From NCBI GenBank assembly GCA_963662715.1, contig OY759724.1, forward strand, positions 2,266,662 to 2,330,661: DNA of 64,000 nucleotides, given 5' to 3'. Made by a program: the position numbers and the translations under genes. Each line of letters starts with the position of its first letter. Positions within the stretch are counted from its first letter, which is position 1. Source of the stretch: Candidatus Omnitrophota bacterium. Its GTDB lineage: Bacteria; Omnitrophota; Gorgyraeia; Zapsychrales; JANLHA01. Below are positions 39,536 to 48,645 of the stretch, in pieces. The notes under the pieces were generated by a model that saw only the letters and a program-made list of their open reading frames with translations, was not told the origin of the DNA and did no database searches.

Positions 39536-39665
39536 GATTTTAACCTGAATAATGGATGATGATTAATAAACTATTTTACGTGTAATTGAAAGATTAGTAT
39601 ATCGAATTTGACATATTTGTCAAGAATAATATTTTTTGGAAATTTAAATAAAAGAGGTCGTATTT

Positions 39666-41393
39666 ATGGAACAGACATTAATTGATTTTCGGACTCTTCC
39701 TTTTTATCAGGAGCGTCGCTTCATTCCCAAGGATGTGGATTTGCAGTCTCCCCAATGCGTGCAGGAAATTTGTCATGCATTGCTGACCCAGGATATTCAT
39801 TCCCCGGAAGACCTGGAAAAATGGATCCTGGCCCGGTCTGAATTGGAGGCGGCTTTAGATCAGGAAGCCGCTGTCCTGTATATCCGCATGACATGTTATA
39901 CGGATCATGAAGATTTCGCGAAAGCCTATAAGAATTTCATCGAAAACGTCGCTCCTGTTGTTAAACAGGCACAGCATGATTTGAACGTAAAGGCTTTACA
40001 GCAATGGGCTTTGTTCCCTTTTCCTGAACAGGGATATTCGGTCTATCAGAGGGCTGTCCAGGCGGACGTCGAGATATTCAGGAAAGAAAATATCGCTTTG
40101 TCAACCCAGGTTGAATTGCTGTCTCAGGAATATCAGTCGATATGCGGGGCGATGACGGTCCACTTTGACGGGGAAGAAATGACCCTCCCGCAGATGAATC
40201 GCTATTTGTATGAACCTGACCGTCAGTTGCGGGAGAGGGCCTGGAAAGCGGTGGCGCAAAGACGTCTGCAGGAGAAAGACCGGTTCAATGATGTGTTCCA
40301 GACGATGTTGAAACTGCGGCATCAGAAAGCCCGAAATGCCGGCTTTAAAAAATTTACGGAATATCAGTTTAAGGCGTATCATCGTTTTGATTATGCCCCG
40401 CAGCAATGCAAAGACTATCATTGTATGGTGCAAAAGATTGTTGTCCCGGTATGGGAGAAAATCCTTCTCCGCCGGAAGAGCCGTATGTCATTGGATTCAT
40501 TGCGGCCGTGGGACACGGAGGTCGATCCGTATCATCGCCCGGCATTGAAACCTTTTACAGAGGTGAGTCAATTGTTGGAAGGCGTTGCGCGTATTATGGG
40601 CCGGATCCATGATGATTTTAGCCGGGCCTTCCGGATGATGATAGAGCAGGGATTGTTGGACCTGTCAAGCCGTAAAGGGAAAGCCCCGGGAGGATATCAA
40701 CAGACGTTGGCCGAGTCGCGCAAACCTTTTATTTTTATGAACGCCGTTGGTTTGGATGGGGATGTCTGGACATTGCTTCATGAGGCCGGGCATTCTTTCC
40801 ATGCCCTGGCATGCGCTCATCATGAATTGTACCCTTACCGTCATGCCCCTATGGAGTTTTGTGAAGTGGCTTCTATGAGCATGGAATTGTTGGGGGGGAC
40901 GTACCTGTCAGAGTTTTATAAAGATGCCGATCAGCAACGGGCCCACCAAAAACACCTGGAAAGCATTGTTTATGTCCTGCTCTGGGTGGCTACGGTCGAC
41001 GCATTTCAGCATTGGATTTACGAACATCCCGATCATTCGCCGCAAGAACGGAGTCAAGCCTGGCTCGAAACCCATAACCGTTTCGGAGGGTATCTGCTTG
41101 ATTGGCAGGGCCTGGAGCCGTTGCGGGAAATTTTATGGCAGAGGCAGTTGCACATTTTTGAAGTGCCCTTCTACTATATTGAATATGCGATTGCCCAGAT
41201 TGGGGCTCTGCAGATTTGGCTGAACTTCCGGAAGGATCCTGCGCGGACTTTACAGGCCTTTCAGTCAGCCCTGGCATTAGGGGGATCGAAGCCGTTGCCG
41301 GAACTTTTCCGGGCAGCGGGATTGAACTTTGACTTTACGTCGGTAACATTGACGCCGCTGATGGAAGAGATAGAACGAGAATTGGACTTGTGA
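39666..41393 (+). CDS. pepF: M3B-family oligoendopeptidase (PepF-like).
   Basis: Zinc motif 'HEAGHSFH' with the downstream 'E' ligand region, at 575 aa. Confidence 0.85.
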   Translation: MEQTLIDFRTLPFYQERRFIPKDVDLQSPQCVQEICHALLTQDIHSPEDLEKWILARSELEAALDQEAAVLYIRMTCYTDHEDFAKAYKNFIENVAPVVKQAQHDLNVKALQQWALFPFPEQGYSVYQRAVQADVEIFRKENIALSTQVELLSQEYQSICGAMTVHFDGEEMTLPQMNRYLYEPDRQLRERAWKAVAQRRLQEKDRFNDVFQTMLKLRHQKARNAGFKKFTEYQFKAYHRFDYAPQQCKDYHCMVQKIVVPVWEKILLRRKSRMSLDSLRPWDTEVDPYHRPALKPFTEVSQLLEGVARIMGRIHDDFSRAFRMMIEQGLLDLSSRKGKAPGGYQQTLAESRKPFIFMNAVGLDGDVWTLLHEAGHSFHALACAHHELYPYRHAPMEFCEVASMSMELLGGTYLSEFYKDADQQRAHQKHLESIVYVLLWVATVDAFQHWIYEHPDHSPQERSQAWLETHNRFGGYLLDWQGLEPLREILWQRQLHIFEVPFYYIEYAIAQIGALQIWLNFRKDPARTLQAFQSALALGGSKPLPELFRAAGLNFDFTSVTLTPLMEEIERELDL

Positions 41394-41502
41394 AGGATTT
41401 AGGATAAGAGAGTCTGAATAAAGACTTGTCCATTATATAAATTGTGGTTAAAATATTAAGAAAAGTCATGGGAGTTGCCTAAAACGAATACGGAGGATTT
41501 TA

Positions 41503-42108
41503 ATGAAAAGGATTTTTTTTACAGCTGTGTTTTGTGTGTTTTTCATTTTAGGTTTAACGGTCTTAATATCCGCGGATGAGTATACGGATCAGAAAATCGC
41601 CCAGATAGAAGCCAAGGTTGCGGCTTTAGAGCAGTATATGGAAGACCTGGCCCCGCGACTGAACAACTTCTCGAAAGATCTCTATGATACAGTCGATCAG
41701 CGGATGAGATTCTCTTCGGATAAGGTTGTTGTTCTGAACCCTATTTCCAAAAAGTTTGCCAAGATTGAAACCAATGCGGGCGATTTTTTGATTGCCGTGG
41801 AGAACATGACAAAAATTCGCAATGGGTATCGCTTAACATTCCGTATCGGTAATCCCAACGCCGCGACGTTCTCGAACATTAAGCTGAAACTTCTTTGGGG
41901 GCGCCGGTGGAATCCCAAGAACGTCAAGCCGACGTATGAAGACTGGCGGAAATCCCTTGTGGGGGCAGAGTATAATTTTAACGGTGCGCTTGCCCCGAAC
42001 CGCTGGACCCAGGTGAGCGTTGATGCCACTCCCGCGAATATCCGTCAATTTGATCACTTAGAATGTGAGTTGTCTATTGGGGCGGTGGAACTGCTGTCTG
42101 ATGAATAA
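41503..42108 (+). CDS. Secreted hypothetical protein (201 aa).
   Basis: N-terminal signal peptide 'MKRIFFTAVFCVFFILGLTVLISA'. Confidence 0.5.
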   Translation: MKRIFFTAVFCVFFILGLTVLISADEYTDQKIAQIEAKVAALEQYMEDLAPRLNNFSKDLYDTVDQRMRFSSDKVVVLNPISKKFAKIETNAGDFLIAVENMTKIRNGYRLTFRIGNPNAATFSNIKLKLLWGRRWNPKNVKPTYEDWRKSLVGAEYNFNGALAPNRWTQVSVDATPANIRQFDHLECELSIGAVELLSDE

Positions 42109-42150
42109 TCTTAAAGGCTGCCGGATTTTCCCGGTGTTTGGGGAAACATT

Positions 42151-42465
42151 ATGACGAAATATGTTCTTGTTTTAATTCTTGCGGGTATCTTGATTCTGAC
42201 TTGCGGAGCTTCCACGTCATTTGCGAGGGAAATCTTTTTGGGTTTAGACAGCAATACATACTATGATATTTACATCGGGGGACCCAATGAGAATACCAGT
42301 GTTATTAAAAACGTGCAAATCGTCGATATCCGGGAACATGAAGACATCACATTTTTGATTATCCGGGCCGCCAGTTTCGGCGGGAAAGGGTCGGAGGGAT
42401 TGGTCGTCCTTGAAAATATCAAAGCCATTTTGCCATCCCATAAATTTATTATGACTCAAGGTTAG
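42151..42465 (+). CDS. Small secreted hypothetical protein (104 aa).
   Basis: Signal peptide 'MTKYVLVLILAGILILTCGASTSFA'. Confidence 0.45.
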   Translation: MTKYVLVLILAGILILTCGASTSFAREIFLGLDSNTYYDIYIGGPNENTSVIKNVQIVDIREHEDITFLIIRAASFGGKGSEGLVVLENIKAILPSHKFIMTQG

Positions 42466-42479
42466 CTTGCCCATCTTCA

Positions 42480-43043
42480 GTGAAGGATCTGTTCTTGATA
42501 TTAAAAAACCACCCCAAGGAAAAGATTTTAAAAGCCGGCCGGTATATCCATTTGCTTGTCCGGGACAGCTGGGAGTATGCCAGACGGATCAACTGCAGCG
42601 GCATTGTGGTGATCCTGGCCCAGACAGAGGATGCCCGTGTTATCTTTACCGAGCAGTACCGGGTTCCTGTCGGGAGGCCTGTCATTGAACTTCCGGCGGG
42701 ATTGGTCAATGATCGCCCTGGAAAACGACGCGAAAGTTTTTCTGCCGCGGCCAAGCGTGAGTTATGGGAAGAAACGGGTTACCGGGCCAGAAAGATGGTC
42801 AAGCTCGTTGAGGGACCGGTGGCCTCCGGGTCTTCTGCCGATATGATGGTGTTTTTTAGAGCAGAAGGGTTGCGTAAAACCGGAGAGGGCGGGGGAGATG
42901 CTACCGAGCAGATATTTGTTCATGAAATTGCCCGGGATCAAGTTGAGTCCTGGCTGAGGCAGAAGCGTAAACAGGGGCGTTATATCGATCCCAAAATTTA
43001 TGCTGGACTTTATTTTCTAAATCCATATAATAATCCCCAATAA
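42480..43043 (+). CDS. Nudix hydrolase (ADP-ribose pyrophosphatase-like).
   Basis: Nudix box 'GLVNDRPGKRRESFSAAAKRELWEETGY' (GX5EX7REUXEEXGU). Confidence 0.85.
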   Translation: MKDLFLILKNHPKEKILKAGRYIHLLVRDSWEYARRINCSGIVVILAQTEDARVIFTEQYRVPVGRPVIELPAGLVNDRPGKRRESFSAAAKRELWEETGYRARKMVKLVEGPVASGSSADMMVFFRAEGLRKTGEGGGDATEQIFVHEIARDQVESWLRQKRKQGRYIDPKIYAGLYFLNPYNNPQ

Positions 43044-43080
43044 TTGAAATTTCCATTTAGAATTTCTATAACTTAAGGAG

Positions 43081-44094
43081 TTGAAGATGGTATCGTACAA
43101 AGAATTGGGTTTCGTTAATACGCGGGAGATGTTTCAAAAGGCCATTGGCGGCCAGTACGCTGTCCCGGCGTATAATTTCAATAATATGGAACAGCTTCAG
43201 GCTATCATCACCGCTTGTCTGGAAACCCAGTCTCCGGTTATCCTGCAGGTTTCGAGCGGCGCCAGAAAATATGCCGACCAAACGTTGCTGCGATATTTGG
43301 GCCAGGGAGCCGTGGCCATGATGAAGGAGCATGCCAAACAGAAAGGGTTGAAGGAAATTCCTGTCTCCCTGCACCTTGATCACGGCGATACGTTTGAATT
43401 ATGTAAATCCTGTATCGAATCGGGATTCTCGTCCGTCATGATCGACGGTTCGCATCACCCTTACGATAAAAATGTTGAACTGACAAAACAGGTGGTGGAT
43501 TATGCTCATCAGTTTGATGTGACGGTGGAGGGAGAACTGGGTGTGCTGGCGGGCATCGAAGATGATGTCGTGGCTGAAAAATCGACATATACCCAGCCGG
43601 AGGAAGTTGAAGATTTTGTTAAAAAGACCGGGGTGGATTCCTTGGCTATTTCTATCGGCACGTCGCACGGGGCCAATAAATTTAAGCCGGAGCAATGTAC
43701 AAGAAACGCGGACGGCGTTCTGATTCCCCCTGAACTGCGTTTTGATATCCTCGAAGAGATCGAAAAACGTATCCCGGGCTTTTCCATCGTTCTTCACGGA
43801 TCTTCTTCAGTGCCGGTCGAGGCTGTGAAAATTATTAATGAAAACGGAGGGGCTTTGAAAGACTCCATCGGCATCCCGGAGGACCAGCTGCGCAAAGCCA
43901 CAAAATCGGCGGTTTGCAAGGTGAACATTGATTCCGACGGGAGACTTTGGATGACGGCGGCTGTTCGCAAGCATTTTAATGAGCATCCGGCTGATTTTGA
44001 CCCGAGGAAATATTTAGGGCCGGCTCGTCAGGCTTTAATCGAAATGTATAAACATAAGAATGAGAATGTTCTCGGATCGGCCGGAAAGGCTTGA
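43081..44094 (+). CDS. fba: Class II fructose-bisphosphate aldolase.
   Basis: 'GQYAVPAYNFNNMEQLQAII', 'SLHLDHGDT' and 'VEGELGVLAG'. Confidence 0.9.
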   Translation: MKMVSYKELGFVNTREMFQKAIGGQYAVPAYNFNNMEQLQAIITACLETQSPVILQVSSGARKYADQTLLRYLGQGAVAMMKEHAKQKGLKEIPVSLHLDHGDTFELCKSCIESGFSSVMIDGSHHPYDKNVELTKQVVDYAHQFDVTVEGELGVLAGIEDDVVAEKSTYTQPEEVEDFVKKTGVDSLAISIGTSHGANKFKPEQCTRNADGVLIPPELRFDILEEIEKRIPGFSIVLHGSSSVPVEAVKIINENGGALKDSIGIPEDQLRKATKSAVCKVNIDSDGRLWMTAAVRKHFNEHPADFDPRKYLGPARQALIEMYKHKNENVLGSAGKA

Positions 44095-44160
44095 TCCCGG
44101 AACGGTTTCGTTCGGAGTCATAAAAAGGACTTCTGCGGTCAGGAATGACGGTGAGTCCAT

Positions 44161-45126
44161 ATGAGGAGACATATCATGTACCGGGAACAGATTAAAGTAT
44201 TGGATTGCACGATTCGTGACGGAGGGTTGATTAATAATCATCAGTTTGATGAACGGTTTGTCCGTGCGGTTTTTCAGGCCGTATCATCCGCAGGCGTCGA
44301 TTACATGGAGATCGGCTACAAAAATTCTCCGGAATTGTTTTCTCCTCAGGAATATGGCCTATGGAAATTCTGTGATGACGATGCGATCCGCCGCATCGTC
44401 GAGGGGACAGAAACTCAGACAAAACTTTCCGTCATGGTCGATGTCGGACGGGTGAACCTCGATGACGTGAAACCTAAGGACGAGAGCCCGTTAGACATGA
44501 TCCGGGTCGCCTCTTATGTCAAGGATATTGATAAAGCCATCTTGATGGTGAATCATTTCCATGATAAAGGTTATGAAACGACAATCAATATCATGGCGAT
44601 TTCCCGTGACCAGGGCACGGAACTGGAGGAGGCGCTTCACCAAATCGAAAGCGAGAGTAAGGCGGCCGTCGTCTATATCGTTGACAGTTACGGCAACCTT
44701 TATCAGGAAACCGTGGAATATCTCGTGAAATTGTTTAGAGGGATCCTGAAAACGAAAGAAGTCGGGTATCACGGGCATAATCATCAGCAGCTGGCTTTCG
44801 GCAACACGATTGAGGCTATTATTCATGATGCGAATTATCTTGACGCCACGGTTTACGGTATCGGACGGGCGGCGGGCAACTGTCCTCTGGAGCTTTTGAT
44901 CGGTTTCCTGAAAAATCCTAAATTTGATCTGCGCCCTGTTCTTGATTTGATCTCCCGGGAATTTATCCCTCTCCGGGAAAAAATCGAATGGGGATACATC
45001 ATCCCTTATGCCATCGCCGGAATGTTAAATGAACATCCCCGGGCAGCCATGGCCCTTCGTAAGAGCGAGAAAAAAGAAGACTATCGCGAATTTTACGAAA
45101 GTCTCGTCAACACAGAACTCGAATAA
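44161..45126 (+). CDS. DRE-TIM metallolyase (HMGL-like / pyruvate-carboxyltransferase fold) aldolase-family protein.
   Basis: 'IKVLDCTIRDGG' (the DxxxRDG motif) and 'GYHGHNHQQLAFGNT' (the HxH metal site). Confidence 0.6.
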   Translation: MRRHIMYREQIKVLDCTIRDGGLINNHQFDERFVRAVFQAVSSAGVDYMEIGYKNSPELFSPQEYGLWKFCDDDAIRRIVEGTETQTKLSVMVDVGRVNLDDVKPKDESPLDMIRVASYVKDIDKAILMVNHFHDKGYETTINIMAISRDQGTELEEALHQIESESKAAVVYIVDSYGNLYQETVEYLVKLFRGILKTKEVGYHGHNHQQLAFGNTIEAIIHDANYLDATVYGIGRAAGNCPLELLIGFLKNPKFDLRPVLDLISREFIPLREKIEWGYIIPYAIAGMLNEHPRAAMALRKSEKKEDYREFYESLVNTELE

Positions 45127-45130
45127 ATTT

Positions 45131-45787
45131 ATGGATATTCAGCAATTTCAGCGACTCCCGGTCATGGGGATTTTGCGGGGCGTACGGAAGGACATCCTTT
45201 CGTCATTAACCGAGACCGTGATCAGGGCGGGATTGAAGACCGTTGAAATCACGATGAATACCCCGTCTGCCGGGGATTTGATCCGGAGCATGACCGATAT
45301 CTCCGGGGGACGACTTGCGGTCGGAGCCGGAACGGTTTTGAGCGTGGACAGCCTTGAAGCCGCCTGTGACGCGGGCGCGACTTTTATTGTCTGTCCGACG
45401 ATGATTGAGGATGTTGTCGCCTGTTGTGTGTCCCGCCGGATCCCTGTTTTTCCGGGAGCTCTGACTCCGCAGGAAATCTACCGGGCTTGGCAGGCCGGGG
45501 CCACGATGGTTAAGGTCTTCCCGGCAAAGTTTTTCGGCCCGGCCTATTTCAAGGAAATCCGGGGGCCTTTCTCGGATATTAAGCTTTTAGCTTGCGGCGG
45601 TGTCACCCCGGACAATATTCAGACCTATTTTAAAAACGGGGCTGCGGCCGTGGCTTTCGGCGGCAGTATTTTCCGCCAGGAATGGCTTACGGAATCAGGA
45701 CTGTCATCCATTGAGCAGGAAATACGCCGTCTTGTTCAGGCGGGTTCCTTGCCCTCCGAAGGGCAGAAGGCGAAAGCTGACGAGTAA
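45131..45787 (+). CDS. eda: KDPG / 4-hydroxy-2-oxoglutarate aldolase.
   Basis: Start at the ATG at 45131. 'LPVMGILRG', 'GAGTVL', 'FIVCP', 'FPGALTPQEI' and 'MVKVFPA'. Confidence 0.85.
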   Translation: MDIQQFQRLPVMGILRGVRKDILSSLTETVIRAGLKTVEITMNTPSAGDLIRSMTDISGGRLAVGAGTVLSVDSLEAACDAGATFIVCPTMIEDVVACCVSRRIPVFPGALTPQEIYRAWQAGATMVKVFPAKFFGPAYFKEIRGPFSDIKLLACGGVTPDNIQTYFKNGAAAVAFGGSIFRQEWLTESGLSSIEQEIRRLVQAGSLPSEGQKAKADE

Positions 45788-45939
45788 AATGCCGCGGTTT
45801 GTTAGAGAATGTTTTGCAGCACATCCGGGCAAGTCCCCGGGACGGGTTCAGGTGGGGCGTTAGAGGAGGATTTGGGATGCAAGAGGATTATTAATATTTG
45901 CGGGAGATAAAGTTAGGTAAGAAAAATTGAATAATTGTA

Positions 45940-45969
45940 TTGACAAACCGTCTTTCCCAAAGCTACAAT
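45940..45969 (+). promoter_or_regulatory. Sigma70-like promoter (TTGACA, 18-nt spacer, TACAAT).
   Basis: TTGACA at 45940-45945 and TACAAT at 45964-45969, followed by the SD 'GAGGAGG' and the ATG at 45996. Confidence 0.55.
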
Positions 45970-45995
45970 AATTTAACCAATGTGAGGAGGTTAAC

Positions 45996-46277
45996 ATGTC
46001 AAACATCAACAACGTAGATGTGGAAAGATTATTAAGTGATAAACGTGTTATAGCGGAAATAGAGCGTCACCTATGGTTAGAAAGCGAGAAGGTCGGTTAT
46101 GATATCGGGTATGAACGAGCGCAGGAAGAATGGCTGAAGAATTTCTCGAGTGCCTGGATGAAATATCACGGTGATGATTTTATTAACGCTCAGAAGGCTG
46201 CCAGGCGGGCATCGTCACCTTCCAAAACCTCCAAAAAGAATTCCGTCAAGAGACGTCGCGCCAAGTCGTACATTTAA
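45996..46277 (+). CDS. Small hypothetical protein (93 aa) with a basic C-terminal tail. It forms a monocistronic unit with its own promoter and terminator.
   Basis: Flanked by a consensus promoter and a strong terminator. 'HLWLESEKVGYDIGYERAQEEWLKNF', then the K/R-rich tail. Confidence 0.55.
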   Translation: MSNINNVDVERLLSDKRVIAEIERHLWLESEKVGYDIGYERAQEEWLKNFSSAWMKYHGDDFINAQKAARRASSPSKTSKKNSVKRRRAKSYI

Positions 46278-46300
46278 TTGCAAAAAATTTGAAAATCTTT

Positions 46301-46337
46301 CCGGCCGCCCCTGATATCCCGGGGGCGGTTTTGTTTT
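46301..46337 (+). terminator. Rho-independent terminator.
   Basis: 'ccggccgcccc-tgatatcc-cgggggcgg' followed by 'ttttgtttt'. Confidence 0.8.
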
Positions 46338-46341
46338 AGAT

Positions 46342-46390
46342 CCCAGCATTACAAAAAAATATTTTTAAATGCTGGTTTTTTGTGTACAAT
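46342..46390 (+). promoter_or_regulatory. Second hairpin-plus-T-tract, running into an extended -10 (TGnTACAAT) upstream of gpmI. It could be a terminator/attenuator plus promoter.
   Basis: 'ccagcatt...aatgctgg' followed by 'tttttt', then 'tgtgtacaat' at 46381-46390. Confidence 0.4.
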
Positions 46391-46546
46391 GAACACCTGC
46401 TGTTTGGAATCCCCAAAGACCTCCTTGTGGGGGCAGGAATTTGTGCGTAAGAAAAAGAGCACCGGCAGGACTAACTGGTGCGGAGAGGCGGTAAAATTTA
46501 GGGAAGAAGGATCAATATCGAAGGGTTTGTTTTTAGAGACTATTTT

Positions 46547-48193
46547 TTGCAGAAAGGGAAGATCATGGCTTATCAGTTAAAAAAATTAGAGGGGTTCTCC
46601 GGACGCCCGGGGCCCTTGTTGCTCATTATTATGGACGGGGTCGGGCTTGGGAAACAGGATGAAAGCGATGGCGTCTTCATGGCTAAAACGCCGCATTTAG
46701 ACAAACTTTTTAAGAGCGAACTTTATACGACGCTGCAGGCCCATGGGACGGCTGTCGGTATGCCGTCTGACGAAGATATGGGGAACAGTGAAGTGGGGCA
46801 CAATGCCCTGGGGGCGGGACGGATTTTTGCCCAGGGAGCCGCTCTTGTTAACCAATCTATCTCATCCGGAAATATTTTCAAGACGGACACGTGGGCCGCT
46901 TTGGTCAGCCGGGCCAAGAAGGGGCAGCAGAGTTTTCATTTGATCGGCTTGCTTTCGGACGGTAATGTCCATTCGCATATTCAGCACGTGTTGGCTTTGT
47001 TGACTCGTCTTGCGGAAGAAGGGGTCAAGACTGTCCGGCTGCATGCGCTTTTGGACGGGCGGGATGTGTATGAAAAATCAGCCCTGACATACATCGACAA
47101 GACGGAAGAGCATTTAAAACAGTTAAATGAGAGGTATGGGGCCGATTACCGAATCGCCTCTGGCGGCGGACGCATGGTGACGACCATGGACCGCTACAAT
47201 GCGGACTGGACGGTTGTTAAGCGTGGCTGGGATGCTCATGTCCTCGGGAAGGCCCGGTTATTCTCCTCCGCTCGGGAGGCTGTTTCAACGTACTATGAAG
47301 AAGACCCCGGCAGCACCGATCAATATCTCGATGCCTTCGTCATCGCCGAGGAAGGCCGGCCGGTCGGAACCATTCAAGACGGGGATTCTGTGGTGTTTTA
47401 TAATTTCCGGGGAGACAGGGCCATTGAGTTGTCCCGCGCTTTTGATGAAAAGGATTTTAAAGAGTTTGATCGGGAAAGATGTCCGGATGTCCTTTATGCC
47501 GGGATGATGGAATACGACGGGGATCTTCATATCCCTAAGCATTATTTGGTGAACCCCCCGGAGATTGACCGGCCGATCAGCGTGTATCTCTGTGACAGCG
47601 GCGTGACCTCGTTTGCGATTTCGGAAACTCAAAAGTTCGGACACGTGACGTACTTTTGGAACGGCAACAACTCCGGTTACATTAATGAGAACATGGAAAA
47701 GTACGATGAAGTCCCGTCCGATAAGGTCCGTTTTGACACAGCCCCGAAGATGAAAGCCTGCGAAATAACGGATTTGACGATTCAGTACCTGCGTAGCGGT
47801 CGGTATAAATTCGGCCGTATTAATTTTGCCAACGGAGATATGGTCGGGCATACCGGTATCCCTTCAGCTATTATCACGGCGGTGGAAACGGTTGATGAAT
47901 GTGTGGGGAGGCTGATCGATGTTGTTGCGGAGCTGTCCGGGATTGTTGTCATAACCGCTGATCATGGGAACGCCGATGAAATGTTTACGGTAAAGAAGGG
48001 ACAAAAAAGCGTCAGCACAGCGCATTCTCTTAATCGGGTCCCTTTTGTAATTGTTGACAAAAACTTTAAAAATGAATATAATATAGCTGAACCATCTAAG
48101 TTCGGCTTGTCTAACGTGGCGGCAACTTTGCTGAATTTGCTTGGCTACGAGAAACCGGAAGATTATAATTCTTCACTTATTACATTTAAGTAA
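46547..48193 (+). CDS. gpmI: 2,3-bisphosphoglycerate-independent phosphoglycerate mutase.
   Basis: 'LLLIIMDGVGLG' and 'SEVGHNALGAGR', followed by the metal-binding alkaline-phosphatase-like C-terminus 'ITADHGNADEM'. Confidence 0.92.
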   Translation: MQKGKIMAYQLKKLEGFSGRPGPLLLIIMDGVGLGKQDESDGVFMAKTPHLDKLFKSELYTTLQAHGTAVGMPSDEDMGNSEVGHNALGAGRIFAQGAALVNQSISSGNIFKTDTWAALVSRAKKGQQSFHLIGLLSDGNVHSHIQHVLALLTRLAEEGVKTVRLHALLDGRDVYEKSALTYIDKTEEHLKQLNERYGADYRIASGGGRMVTTMDRYNADWTVVKRGWDAHVLGKARLFSSAREAVSTYYEEDPGSTDQYLDAFVIAEEGRPVGTIQDGDSVVFYNFRGDRAIELSRAFDEKDFKEFDRERCPDVLYAGMMEYDGDLHIPKHYLVNPPEIDRPISVYLCDSGVTSFAISETQKFGHVTYFWNGNNSGYINENMEKYDEVPSDKVRFDTAPKMKACEITDLTIQYLRSGRYKFGRINFANGDMVGHTGIPSAIITAVETVDECVGRLIDVVAELSGIVVITADHGNADEMFTVKKGQKSVSTAHSLNRVPFVIVDKNFKNEYNIAEPSKFGLSNVAATLLNLLGYEKPEDYNSSLITFK

Positions 48194-48645
48194 CGTTATG
48201 AGATACGAGTTAATTGAGAGATGGTTGGGCGGCTTATGAAATCCATTTTCCCCTATTTTCTTCTGAATTTTCTAATCCCATACCAAAAATGAGAGGTATG
48301 GGATTTTTTATTATATATGATTTTGGGGGGGAGAAGAGGTCTTAGAGTGTTTTTTGCTGTTAAAGTTGCTAAAATGTATCTCTTTTTCTCTGCTGTGTTT
48401 TTCTTTTGTAGTGCAATCACAATGAAAAATTTGCGGCAAACCATTATGTCCGCTATAGCTTATATTGATTGAACCTGAGTAATGGTTTGTAAAACTTTGT
48501 GCGCTAAAAATACTTTTGTCCCACACAATGAGTTTTTTAGTGGTGAATTTTTGCGTGCGCTTTCAGTCAATAGAAGGGGTTGATATTGATTGACGTATAT
48601 GATATTATTTATAAGTCTAAAAATATATAATAAAGATTAGGTCTT

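Noticed and set aside
39536-39665. A divergent promoter region between rpmB and pepF with a 'TTGACA' hexamer.
   Set aside because: The spacing to any -10-like hexamer is off (13 or 16 nt), so I did not call it as a feature.
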